From an uncultured Lachnospiraceae bacterium (GTDB lineage: Bacteria; Bacillota; Clostridia; Lachnospirales; Lachnospiraceae): a DNA stretch of 64,000 nucleotides. This document shows, in pieces, positions 47,185 through 55,410 of this stretch (position 1 is its first letter; each line of letters opens with the position of its first letter). The position numbers and the translations under genes were made by a program. The notes below the pieces were generated by a model. The model was not told the DNA's origin. It did no database searches and worked only from the letters and a program-made list of their open reading frames with translations. The stretch is taken from positions 28,050 through 92,049 of the forward strand of contig CAJOQM010000040.1 in the NCBI GenBank assembly GCA_905236845.1, given 5' to 3'.

Positions 47185-47452
47185 CGGATGAACGCATCAA
47201 CTTCTCCGGGTGGTTATAATATTTAATCACTTCGTATAAATAATATGACACCAACCCGCTTCACTACCTTTCTCTCGCAGTGTCGCATTCGGACGGTGCT
47301 TTGGCTCGCATTGCCCCGTAGCTTCGCGTCGCACCGCCGCACGACCCTGCGAGAGTGCAGTCGTTCGCAGCGGTTGCCGTCATATTATTTATACGAAGCC
47401 ATTTATATTTTGATTGATTACCGCCCGGAGAGGTTGATGCGTTTGTCCCGAA
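47185..47452. mobile_element. MITE-like non-coding element / long rod-like structured RNA
   Basis: Terminal inverted repeats 47185-47215 vs 47420-47450, with 25 contiguous pairs at 47190-47214/47420-47444. A perfect 20-bp inner stem at 47230-47249/47379-47398. A GC-rich core with nested stems 47272-47280/47347-47355 and 47294-47299/47330-47335. Flanked by the 9-bp direct repeats. No ORF with an RBS. Confidence 0.55.
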
Positions 47453-47461
47453 TAAATTAAC
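47453..47461. repeat. Right copy of the 9-bp direct repeat TAAATTAAC
   Basis: Identical to 47176-47184. Confidence 0.6.
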
Positions 47462-47548
47462 TTTTATCTTGTGTTTTGTCTGAAAAAAATATATAATGAT
47501 TGTGATAACTTTAGCAAGGGGAAACCTGCACACAAGGAGGGTACTGCC

Positions 47549-47968
47549 ATGGTTCAATTAATCATCGGTGCAAAAGGAAAAGGAAAGACAACATACCTGT
47601 TGGATGTTGTGAGCAACAATCTGGACAAATCCACAGGCAATTGCGTTTACATCGACAATTCTCAAAAACACATGTATGATCTTTCAAACAAGATACGTCT
47701 TATCAATTCCAGCGAATATTCCCTTAAAAATAAATACGAATTTATGGGTTTTATATGCGGCATAGCATCCGCCGATAATGACCTTGAATATATATATATT
47801 GATAATTTGTGCGTTCAGGCTTCTATGGCCGTGGATGAACTTGAAGGAATCGTCCTTCGAATGGATGAAATAGGCAAGCTTTTTGATATTAATTTCGTTG
47901 CTACTGTAAGCGCTACGGAAGATCAGATTACGGAGACTGTAAAGCCTTTCCTTTTTAAATCACTTTAA
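47549..47968 (+). CDS. Small (139 aa) P-loop NTPase of unknown function
   Basis: AAGGAGG RBS (47534-47540) before the ATG at 47549. Walker A GAKGKGKTT and Walker B-like YIYIDNL. No other recognisable domain. Confidence 0.65.
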   Translation: MVQLIIGAKGKGKTTYLLDVVSNNLDKSTGNCVYIDNSQKHMYDLSNKIRLINSSEYSLKNKYEFMGFICGIASADNDLEYIYIDNLCVQASMAVDELEGIVLRMDEIGKLFDINFVATVSATEDQITETVKPFLFKSL

Positions 47969-47983
47969 GATTCTTTAAATATA

Positions 47984-49366
47984 ATGGCTGATAACGAAAA
48001 TAAAAACGTTGTAAAAATGAGACCCCGGTTTCGGTTTAATATTGGGGTTCTCATTTTTTTGATAATATTTGTCTATGTGATGTATTTTATCGTTTCATAT
48101 TTTACCGCAAAGCATGTCCGGGCCTATATGGTAGATAACGGCTCATTGGTACAGGAAGATACATATACCGGGCTTTGTGTACGGGATGAGACGGTTTCTT
48201 ATGCAGGAAAATCCGGCATGATCATATATTATGCAACAGCAGGAGAGCGGGTAGGGGCTCATACCCTTGTTTATTCACTTGATTCTGACGGCGTAATAAA
48301 TTCATTGATAGATTCAGATGATGCGGGGAAATATATTTACGATTCGGATTATAATGATATCGCAAATACAATAAAATCTTATGATCTTGCATATAATCCC
48401 ATGTCTTTTGATACGGTTTACAACCTTAAAAGCACCGTAAACAGCGCTTTGAGAGAGGCTATGAATACCAATGCTTTAGATGCCCTTACATCATCCGGAG
48501 ATGCGGCGGGGGCTCTTTCTTTAAGCTATGCCAATAGAGACGGCATTGTCGAATATTATACCGACGGCTACGAGACTTTGACTGCCGAAAATGTGTCTGT
48601 GGATATGCTTGATGAGACGTCATACTCATCGATAAATCTTGAAAGTAATGTGGGTATAGAATCCGGGGATGCGGTTTATAAGCTCGTTACGGATGAAAGC
48701 TGGTCTGTCGCCGTGGCGGTATCCGATGAAACGGCAGCGACCCTTGAAGAAATGGGGACAGTAAACGTTACATTTCAATCGGATCATCAAAGCGCTTATG
48801 CTAAAGTTTCCTTTAATGATACATCTGACGGCAGGATTGCGATTTTGACCTTTTCAAATTCCATGGAAAGATACGCATCGATGCGTTATGTCGATATTAG
48901 GCTTAATCTTGATGCTGTAACAGGGCTCAAAATTCCGAATTCTGCTATTATTGATAAGGAATTTATAGTTATTCCCGAAGAATGTGCCACAAAAGGCGGA
49001 AATTCTTTCGATACGGGATTTTTAGTGCGGGAAGAAGACGAAGAAGGAAATGAAAGCGCCGTATTTAAGACACCGACCATAAGCTATGAATCCGACGGCT
49101 ATTATTATATAGATAAAAGCGAGCTTGATCTTGGCAGCGTTATATATAAACCGGATTCTTCGGATACATATACGGCAAATGAAACCATGACTTTATCCGG
49201 CGCCTATTGTATAAACAAGGGCTATGCGGTTTTTAAAAAAATAAATATACTGTACAGTAATGATGAGTATTCAATCGTGGAAGCCGGGCTTTCATACGGT
49301 CTGTCCCTGTATGATTATATAGCCCTTGACGCAACAGCCGTTACGGAAGGAGTGATCATAAATTGA
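47984..49366 (+). CDS. Membrane-anchored HlyD/membrane-fusion-protein-like (barrel-sandwich) protein
   Basis: Short cytoplasmic N-terminus and a single TM (IGVLIFLIIFVYVMYFIVSYF). A lipoyl-like beta segment (GMIIYYATAGERVGAHTLVYSLD) and a beta-rich C-terminus. No cognate transporter gene is adjacent. Confidence 0.6.
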   Translation: MADNENKNVVKMRPRFRFNIGVLIFLIIFVYVMYFIVSYFTAKHVRAYMVDNGSLVQEDTYTGLCVRDETVSYAGKSGMIIYYATAGERVGAHTLVYSLDSDGVINSLIDSDDAGKYIYDSDYNDIANTIKSYDLAYNPMSFDTVYNLKSTVNSALREAMNTNALDALTSSGDAAGALSLSYANRDGIVEYYTDGYETLTAENVSVDMLDETSYSSINLESNVGIESGDAVYKLVTDESWSVAVAVSDETAATLEEMGTVNVTFQSDHQSAYAKVSFNDTSDGRIAILTFSNSMERYASMRYVDIRLNLDAVTGLKIPNSAIIDKEFIVIPEECATKGGNSFDTGFLVREEDEEGNESAVFKTPTISYESDGYYYIDKSELDLGSVIYKPDSSDTYTANETMTLSGAYCINKGYAVFKKINILYSNDEYSIVEAGLSYGLSLYDYIALDATAVTEGVIIN

Positions 49367-50061
49367 TGCTTGGCGATAATTATATTAAAGTAATGGAAAA
49401 CATAAAAGCTGCCTGCAAAAGGGCAGGAAGGGATGAATCGGAGGTTACTCTTATAAGCGTAAGCAAAACAAAACCCGTAAGCGATATAGAAGAAGTCTAC
49501 AAAGCGGGGAGCAGGGATTTCGGAGAAAACAAAGTCCAGGAAATATTGGAAAAGACACCGGTTTTGCCTGATGATATAAACTGGCATATGATAGGGCATT
49601 TGCAGACAAATAAGGTAAAGCAGGTGATTGATAAGACTGTTTTGATTCATTCCGTGGATTCTTTGCATCTGGCAAAAGAAATAGAAAAACAGGCCGCAAA
49701 AAAAGATATTATTGTAAACATACTTCTTGAAGTAAATGTGGCAAAGGAGGATTCAAAGTTTGGTCTTTATGATAATGAATCCGTATACGAGCTTGCGGAA
49801 GAATGCGCCAAAATGCCTCATTTAAAGGTGCAGGGGCTTATGACAATAGCTCCGTATACAGACAATCCCGATTCAAACAGACCATATTTTAAAAAACTTA
49901 AAGAATTGTCTGTTGACATAATGAGAAAAAACATTGATAATATATCAATGGATGTGCTTTCCATGGGTATGACAGGGGACTATGAAGTCGCCATAGAAGA
50001 GGGTGCCACCATGGTTCGTGTCGGTACCGGGATATTTGGAGAGCGCAATTACGCAATATAA
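49366..50061 (+). CDS. YggS/YlmE family pyridoxal-phosphate homeostasis protein
   Basis: LISVSKTKP (PLP lysine), HMIGHLQTNKV and SMGMTGDYEVAIEEGATMVRVGT. The ATG at 49366 overlaps the upstream TGA. Confidence 0.92.
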   Translation: MLGDNYIKVMENIKAACKRAGRDESEVTLISVSKTKPVSDIEEVYKAGSRDFGENKVQEILEKTPVLPDDINWHMIGHLQTNKVKQVIDKTVLIHSVDSLHLAKEIEKQAAKKDIIVNILLEVNVAKEDSKFGLYDNESVYELAEECAKMPHLKVQGLMTIAPYTDNPDSNRPYFKKLKELSVDIMRKNIDNISMDVLSMGMTGDYEVAIEEGATMVRVGTGIFGERNYAI

Positions 50062-50070
50062 GGAGGCCAT

Positions 50071-50613
50071 ATGAGCTTTATGGATAAGTTCCTCAAGGTT
50101 ATGGCTTTAAACCCTGAGGGAGAAGAAGACGGATACTACGATGAATATGAAGAGGGGGATTCTTCCTACGAAGAAGAGGAAGAGGAAGAAAAGCCCAAAA
50201 GGCGTCTTTTCGGGAGAAAGAAAGAAGCTGATTCTGAAGATACTGACGCCGAAGAGAGCAAATCCACAAAGATACTGCCCATGAGACAGTCCTCAAAAAC
50301 AGCTACCAGGAGGCAGAATGTAAAAGATATGGAAGTATGCATTATAAAACCCAATTCAATAGAAGACGGAAGAGAGATTGCCGAGACTTTGTTAAGCGGA
50401 AGGACAGTGCTTCTTAACATGGAAGGTATAAATCTTGACGTTGCCCAGAGGGTAACTGATTTTACCTCCGGCGTATGTTTTGCGTTAGGCGGCATGCTCC
50501 AGAAAGTTTCAAACTATATCTTTATCGTAACTCCTCCCAATGTAGAAATATCCGGAGATTTCCAGGAAATATTGGATGCCTTCGGAGAATCACCGATTAA
50601 AATGGATATATAA
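50071..50613 (+). CDS. sepF: Cell division protein SepF
   Basis: AAGGAGG RBS. N-terminal MSFMDKFLKVM helix, an acidic linker, and the conserved C-domain (IIKPNSIEDGREIAETLLSGRTVLLNMEG..AQRVTDFTSG). Confidence 0.9.
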   Translation: MSFMDKFLKVMALNPEGEEDGYYDEYEEGDSSYEEEEEEEKPKRRLFGRKKEADSEDTDAEESKSTKILPMRQSSKTATRRQNVKDMEVCIIKPNSIEDGREIAETLLSGRTVLLNMEGINLDVAQRVTDFTSGVCFALGGMLQKVSNYIFIVTPPNVEISGDFQEILDAFGESPIKMDI

Positions 50614-50614
50614 A

Positions 50615-51724
50615 ATGGACTCACAGATAATTCATGTAAATAATGATGGAAAGGCCGCATACGACATTATTTTAAGCCGTGACTTTGCGGCCTTTGATTA
50701 TGGAAATAAGGATAAGAGGCTTTGCATTGTTACGGATTCAAATGTGGCAAAATATTGTCTTAACGATACCGTAGCTTCTTTGTCCCGTCATTTTAAGGAT
50801 ATTATTACTTTTACCTTTGATGCGGGAGAGGAAAACAAGAATTTAGAGACCGTGCAGGATCTTTATGCCTTTTTGATAGAAAATCATTTTGACAGGAAAT
50901 GCGTCCTTGGGGCGTTAGGGGGCGGCGTAGTCGGAGATCTGACAGGATTTGCCGCTGCCACATATCTTCGTGGAATTCCCTTTATACAGATTCCCACATC
51001 CCTTTTGGCATGTGTGGACAGCTCCGTAGGAGGAAAGACCGGCGTAGACTTCAGGCGATACAAAAACATGGTTGGAGCCTTTAATATGCCGGAGCTTGTC
51101 TATATGAATACGTCCCTTATGGCGACTTTGCCTGACCGGGAGGTCTCCTGCGGCATGGCAGAAGTCATTAAATACGGATATATTATGGACAGGGATTTTC
51201 TTGATATAATATCTCAAAATTCCGGTGCTCTTCTTGCAAAAGACCCGGAGGCTCTTGGTGCCATCGTTAAGCGATGCTGCGAATGCAAAAAAGAAGTCGT
51301 GGAAGAAGATCCCTATGAAAAAGGGCGCAGAGCCATTTTAAATTTCGGTCATACAGCAGGGCACGCCGTAGAAAAAGCTGCGGGCTTTAAGCTAAACCAC
51401 GGAGAATGCGTAGCCATAGGCATGAACGCTGCCTTATATATATCGGAAAACCGGGGCTATATATCTTCATCAGACAGAGAAAAAGCTCTTGAATTAATGA
51501 TATGCTTTAACCTGCCCGTTACGGTGCCAAAGGAAATTAAATCGGCTCCGGAGCTGTCAAGCGCCCTTACAAATCAGGCTTTAATTGATAATATGCGCTC
51601 CGATAAAAAGACGTTGGACGGAAATATCCGCTTTGTGCTTTTAAAGGAAACGGGGGAAGCCTTTGTTTGCGGCGATGTATCGGAAGATGAGATAAATATA
51701 GCCCTTGAGGTAGTTTTATCATGA
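50615..51724 (+). CDS. aroB: 3-dehydroquinate synthase
   Basis: GGGVVGDLTGFAAATYLRGIPFIQIPTSLLA, DSSVGGKTGV and LNFGHTAGHA..HGECVAIG. ATG at 50615. Confidence 0.9.
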   Translation: MDSQIIHVNNDGKAAYDIILSRDFAAFDYGNKDKRLCIVTDSNVAKYCLNDTVASLSRHFKDIITFTFDAGEENKNLETVQDLYAFLIENHFDRKCVLGALGGGVVGDLTGFAAATYLRGIPFIQIPTSLLACVDSSVGGKTGVDFRRYKNMVGAFNMPELVYMNTSLMATLPDREVSCGMAEVIKYGYIMDRDFLDIISQNSGALLAKDPEALGAIVKRCCECKKEVVEEDPYEKGRRAILNFGHTAGHAVEKAAGFKLNHGECVAIGMNAALYISENRGYISSSDREKALELMICFNLPVTVPKEIKSAPELSSALTNQALIDNMRSDKKTLDGNIRFVLLKETGEAFVCGDVSEDEINIALEVVLS

Positions 51725-52260
51725 CGGAAAACAAAAATAAATTTAATATAAAAAGTCTTGTAACAGGCTTAGTAAGCGTTATTGCCCTGACAATTATCGA
51801 TCAGCTTCTTAAATTGTGGTCGGTTAGCACCCTTATGAATAAGGAGCCTATTGTAATTATAGACGGAGTCCTCGAGCTTCGCTATCTTGAAAATAACGGC
51901 GCAGCCTTTGGCATGCTCCAAAACGCAACTGTATTTTTTCTTATATTGACGGTTGTTATTCTTGCAGTTGCCGTAGTTGTCTACATTAAGACGCCTTATG
52001 AAAAGAGATTTGATTTTCTTCGACTTACTCTTATTTTACTTACCGCAGGGGCTATAGGCAATTTTATTGACAGAGCAGTGCATACTTATGTAGTGGACTT
52101 TATATATTTTCGTCTTATTGATTTTCCTATATTTAATTTTGCGGATATCTGCGTGACCTTTGCGGAAATCTTTCTTGTTATAGCCATTATCTTTGTATAT
52201 AAAGAAGATGACTATAAGAAAATCTTTAATTCTAAAGAAAAATCTGTGGAAAACAAGTAA
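51721..52260 (+). CDS. lspA: Lipoprotein signal peptidase (signal peptidase II)
   Basis: LENNGAAFGML, GAIGNFIDR and FNFADICV. ATGA overlap with the aroB stop. Confidence 0.9.
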   Translation: MTENKNKFNIKSLVTGLVSVIALTIIDQLLKLWSVSTLMNKEPIVIIDGVLELRYLENNGAAFGMLQNATVFFLILTVVILAVAVVVYIKTPYEKRFDFLRLTLILLTAGAIGNFIDRAVHTYVVDFIYFRLIDFPIFNFADICVTFAEIFLVIAIIFVYKEDDYKKIFNSKEKSVENK

Positions 52261-52276
52261 ATTTACATAAAACATA

Positions 52277-52305
52277 TTGACAATATGATGGTATAAGAAT
52301 ATAAA
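52277..52305 (+). promoter_or_regulatory. Sigma-A type promoter for the FeoA-like ORF
   Basis: TTGACA (52277-52282), 17-nt spacer, TATAAA (52300-52305). It leaves an about 100-nt leader. Confidence 0.5.
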
Positions 52306-52410
52306 TTTTCGGACTTGGGTTAGGGCTTGCTAATAAATGTTAGCTTTGCTTTATTAAAAGTTGTTTATACTAACCGCTATATTGTTGGCACAAAAGGACG
52401 GAATTAAAAT

Positions 52411-52698
52411 ATGACATTAAACGAGGCAGAATTTGGAAAAGAGTACACTGTGACCAAAGTAGATGTGGGAGATGACGAAGAGCTTAAGGGCTTTCTTTTT
52501 TCTCTTGGCTGCTATGAGGGCGAAAAGATAACGGTGGTTGATAAGAAGAAAAATCTTGTGGTTTCCATTAATGATGAATATGACTATGAAAACGATTTTT
52601 ACAATATGATTAAAAATATCCAAAAGACAGAATCTGGAGATAGTCAAGACGATATCGATGATGATCAGGATAATAGCATAAGCGATAAAGAAAAGTAG
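52411..52698 (+). CDS. FeoA-like small protein with C-terminus replaced by an acidic tail (possibly disrupted)
   Basis: The first about 55 aa (EFGKEYTVTKVDVGDDEELKGFLFSLGCYEGEKITVV..LVVSIND) match the FeoA SH3-like domain. The last FeoA strands are replaced by a DE-rich tail that ends at TAG. Confidence 0.55.
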   Translation: MTLNEAEFGKEYTVTKVDVGDDEELKGFLFSLGCYEGEKITVVDKKKNLVVSINDEYDYENDFYNMIKNIQKTESGDSQDDIDDDQDNSISDKEK

Positions 52699-53017
52699 GA
52701 AATAATTGACAACGCCTCATCGAATTTTGATATTGACTATGATAAAGTGACCGGTATCTCATGGTATACACCAAAAGAAACGCCGAAATATATTGATGAA
52801 CGATGCTACATTATTCCTTACATAGGCGTTAATGAAGACATATGATGAATGTAATGGAAATTCTGGTGAAAATATTGAGATGTTGTGTAAAATAGCTGAC
52901 TCCGAGGAGACAATAATACGATTTATTGGAGATGATTATAAATATGATTATACCGTTACATCGGACGATAAAACGGCGATAAAACATGTTTTGGAATTGT
53001 ATGATGCGTTAAATTAA
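52699..53017 (+). pseudogene. Probable decayed gene remnant (open frame continuing after the in-frame TAG, then a +1 shift into the 61-aa ORF)
   Basis: The frame of the FeoA-like ORF stays open for 48 codons after TAG 52696-52698 with no start codon. The 52832-53017 ORF overlaps its end in the +1 frame and has no RBS. Confidence 0.4.
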
Positions 53018-53037
53018 ATATTTTCAATAAATTATTT

Positions 53038-53074
53038 AAGGGCATCATCTTATTGGTGTTGCCCTTTTGTTTTG
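53038..53074 (+). terminator. Rho-independent terminator
   Basis: AAGGGCA (53038-53044) pairs with TGCCCTT (53060-53066), followed by TTGTTTT. Confidence 0.55.
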
Positions 53075-53115
53075 GCAGGATTGTAAACGGTGCATTTATA
53101 TGATAGAATGCTTTT

Positions 53116-54054
53116 ATGGATTATGACAATACCGTGGAGCATACAATTGATTTAATCGTAGATGATAATACATGCGGTGTTCGCCTTGACAGGTTCATAA
53201 GCGATGGTGCGCCGGAGCTTTCCAGAAGCTATATAAAGGGGCTTGTATCCGAAGGAAAAGTCTTGGTAAACGGAAGAACGCAAAAGCCTTCGTATATAGT
53301 GGCGGCAGGAGATGAGATTACTGTAAACGTGCCGCCACCAGTTGATATTACACCTGAACCCGAAAATATTCCCCTTGATATTTTGTACGAAGATAATGAT
53401 ATTATTATCGTAAATAAGCCAAAGGGCATGGTAGTTCATCCTGCGGCGGGTCACAGCCACGGGACATTGGTAAATGCGCTTCTTTATCATTGCAAAGATT
53501 CCTTATCCGGCATAAACGGAATAATCCGCCCGGGGATTGTTCATCGCATAGATGCTGATACCACAGGATCCTTAATTGTATGCAAAAATGATATCGCCCA
53601 CAGAAATATAGCAGAGCAAATAGCAAAGCACAGCATAAACCGTATTTACGAGGGTTTTGTTTACGGAAATGTAAAAGAAGATACCGGACGTATAGATGAG
53701 CCCATAGGCCGTCACCCAAAGAACAGAAAGAAAATGGCGGTGGTCCGGGGCGGCAAGGAAGCAATTACGGAATACAGCGTATTGGAGCGCTTTGATTCGG
53801 GACGGGCCTGCCGTATGGAATTTAAGCTCTATACCGGCCGCACCCACCAGATCCGCGTGCATATGGCGCATATAGGGCATCCGCTTTTGGGAGATACGGT
53901 CTACGGTTCTGCAAAGAACCCGTATCATCTGCAAGGGCAGGCACTGCACGCACGCGTAATCGGTTTCGTTCATCCTGCCACAGGGGAATATATGGAGGTC
54001 GAGGCACCGGCACCGGAGTATTTTAAAGAGCTTTGCAAGAAACTTAAAGCATAA
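53116..54054 (+). CDS. rluD: 23S rRNA pseudouridine synthase, RluA family (RluD-like)
   Basis: N-terminal S4 domain (RLDRFI..), the catalytic HRIDADTTGSLIV, and GRTHQIRVHMAHIGHPLLGD. Confidence 0.92.
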   Translation: MDYDNTVEHTIDLIVDDNTCGVRLDRFISDGAPELSRSYIKGLVSEGKVLVNGRTQKPSYIVAAGDEITVNVPPPVDITPEPENIPLDILYEDNDIIIVNKPKGMVVHPAAGHSHGTLVNALLYHCKDSLSGINGIIRPGIVHRIDADTTGSLIVCKNDIAHRNIAEQIAKHSINRIYEGFVYGNVKEDTGRIDEPIGRHPKNRKKMAVVRGGKEAITEYSVLERFDSGRACRMEFKLYTGRTHQIRVHMAHIGHPLLGDTVYGSAKNPYHLQGQALHARVIGFVHPATGEYMEVEAPAPEYFKELCKKLKA

Positions 54055-54089
54055 TATAACAACCGACATTAAGGCTGGTATTAAACGCT

Positions 54090-55139
54090 TCAGCTATCAT
54101 ACAGCTTAACCCCCGCAGCCTTTCTTCTGTGTTCGTCCTCCATGGCCGCATAATGCTTGGCTGTGGTGTTTATGTCCGAGTGACCGAGAACGTCGGCCAC
54201 AAGGCGGATATCACCGGTATTTTTGTAAAGAGCGGTGCCGTAGGTGCTTCTCATCTTATGAGGTGAGATTTTCTTATCTGGTACGGCGACCTGACCGTAT
54301 TTTTTTACCATATTTTGGATGCTGCGAACTGACATACGCCGCTTTTGCCCGGAGAGGAAGAGGGCTTTTTCATCCTGTGACGTGCAATAAGCCGGGCGTT
54401 CATTTTCCATGTAATCTATGAGGGCTTCGTGCACAGCATCATTAAAATAAAGCTGTGCTATATTTCCACCTTTTCTGGTTACCTGAAATGATTTTTCTTT
54501 AAAGTTTATATCATCCGTATTAAGACCTGCGCACTCGGATACGCGAATGCCGGTATTAAGCAGCAGAGTAAGAATAGCTCTGTCACGCAGTCGGGTGCGG
54601 GTGCAAAAAGCTCTCTGACGTTCCGACCCCACGGCGCTTTCGTCTATTACCCTCATAAATTCATTTATTTCATCGTTATTAAGACGCACAATATCTTTCT
54701 TTGGCATCTTTTTGCGTTTGGCAGCGCCTATGGTAGGGTTGTTCTTCAGATAATGATGTGTCGTAGCAAATTCAAAATACCCCCTTAATGCCGCCATACG
54801 CCGGGCTATTCCCTTGTCCTCGTTCATATGGGTATATACGCCGTCGTTATACGAAAGATACCGTTGATATTCATTGATATCCTCAAAAGTCAGCTCTTCT
54901 AATAGCTCTGACGGTATGTCTTTTATGTCAAGATTCTTTGCCATGGGATTTTCTTCCTGAAGAAAAGAAAAAAAGGTAATAAGGTCATATGCATAGGAAA
55001 TTACCGTGTTTATCTGGCTAACCAGCTCCTTTTCATCCAGAAAAGGCTTCACATATACAGGAAGCTTCTTTTCGAGAATTTTAAGTTTTTTCTTTCTCTT
55101 CTCGCGAAGGGATTTTGTATATTCAGATACTTCAGCCAT
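54090..55139 (-). CDS. Tyrosine site-specific recombinase (XerC/XerD-like integrase family)
   Basis: RAILTLLLNTGIRVSE (Arg I), HKMRSTYGT (H-x-x-R) and LGHSDINTTAKHY (His and the catalytic Tyr). I prefer the ATG at 55139. The ORF track uses the GTG at 55148. Confidence 0.88.
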   Translation of the reverse strand: MAEVSEYTKSLREKRKKKLKILEKKLPVYVKPFLDEKELVSQINTVISYAYDLITFFSFLQEENPMAKNLDIKDIPSELLEELTFEDINEYQRYLSYNDGVYTHMNEDKGIARRMAALRGYFEFATTHHYLKNNPTIGAAKRKKMPKKDIVRLNNDEINEFMRVIDESAVGSERQRAFCTRTRLRDRAILTLLLNTGIRVSECAGLNTDDINFKEKSFQVTRKGGNIAQLYFNDAVHEALIDYMENERPAYCTSQDEKALFLSGQKRRMSVRSIQNMVKKYGQVAVPDKKISPHKMRSTYGTALYKNTGDIRLVADVLGHSDINTTAKHYAAMEDEHRRKAAGVKLYDS

Positions 55140-55410
55140 ATTTAACACCGTTGGAATATTTAGTGCCTTAGTCGCACAAAAACAACTTCATATTGTATAT
55201 TTTACTCCTTAAAGCACAAATATGCAAGTGTTATGTAAAGTTAAAATTATTTTTTATAAATATCAAATAGAAACTGTATTTTCTTCAAGATTCCTTAAAT
55301 ATAAATAAAATCATCTGATTTTACTTGATTTTATGGGCATATGATGATATGCTTACACTGAAGGAAAAGGATTTCAACATACTCGTTTGATTTAACACGG
55401 AGGTATTTTT

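Noticed and set aside
47185-47452. Could the long hairpin be SRP RNA or 6S RNA?
   Set aside because: There is no SRP domain IV signature (GGAA tetraloop with AGCA-type loops). A perfect 20-bp AT stem plus flanking 9-bp direct repeats is not 6S-like. The transposon-like ends fit better.
47245-47557. ORFs of 71 aa (+, 47245-47460) and 97 aa (-, 47264-47557) inside the MITE-like element
   Set aside because: They have no RBS and run through the inverted repeats. Their composition looks random (Arg/Ser/Cys-rich), as expected from GC-rich palindromic DNA.
50140-50260. Glu-rich low-complexity repeat (EEEEEEE) as a DNA tandem repeat
   Set aside because: It lies in the known disordered linker of SepF and is simple GAA/GAG codon repetition, not a structured repeat.
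52696-52698. In-frame TAG as a pyrrolysine or programmed read-through codon
   Set aside because: There are no pyl genes or other context in the window, and the frame is also broken by a +1 shift downstream. Gene decay is the simpler explanation.
55140-55410. Recombinase-controlled invertible promoter (flagellar phase switch) between the tyrosine recombinase and the flagellin homologue
   Set aside because: I searched the 262-bp intergenic region for flanking inverted repeats. I found only a 6-bp hairpin (GCATAT/ATATGC) and short direct repeats, with no long IR pair.
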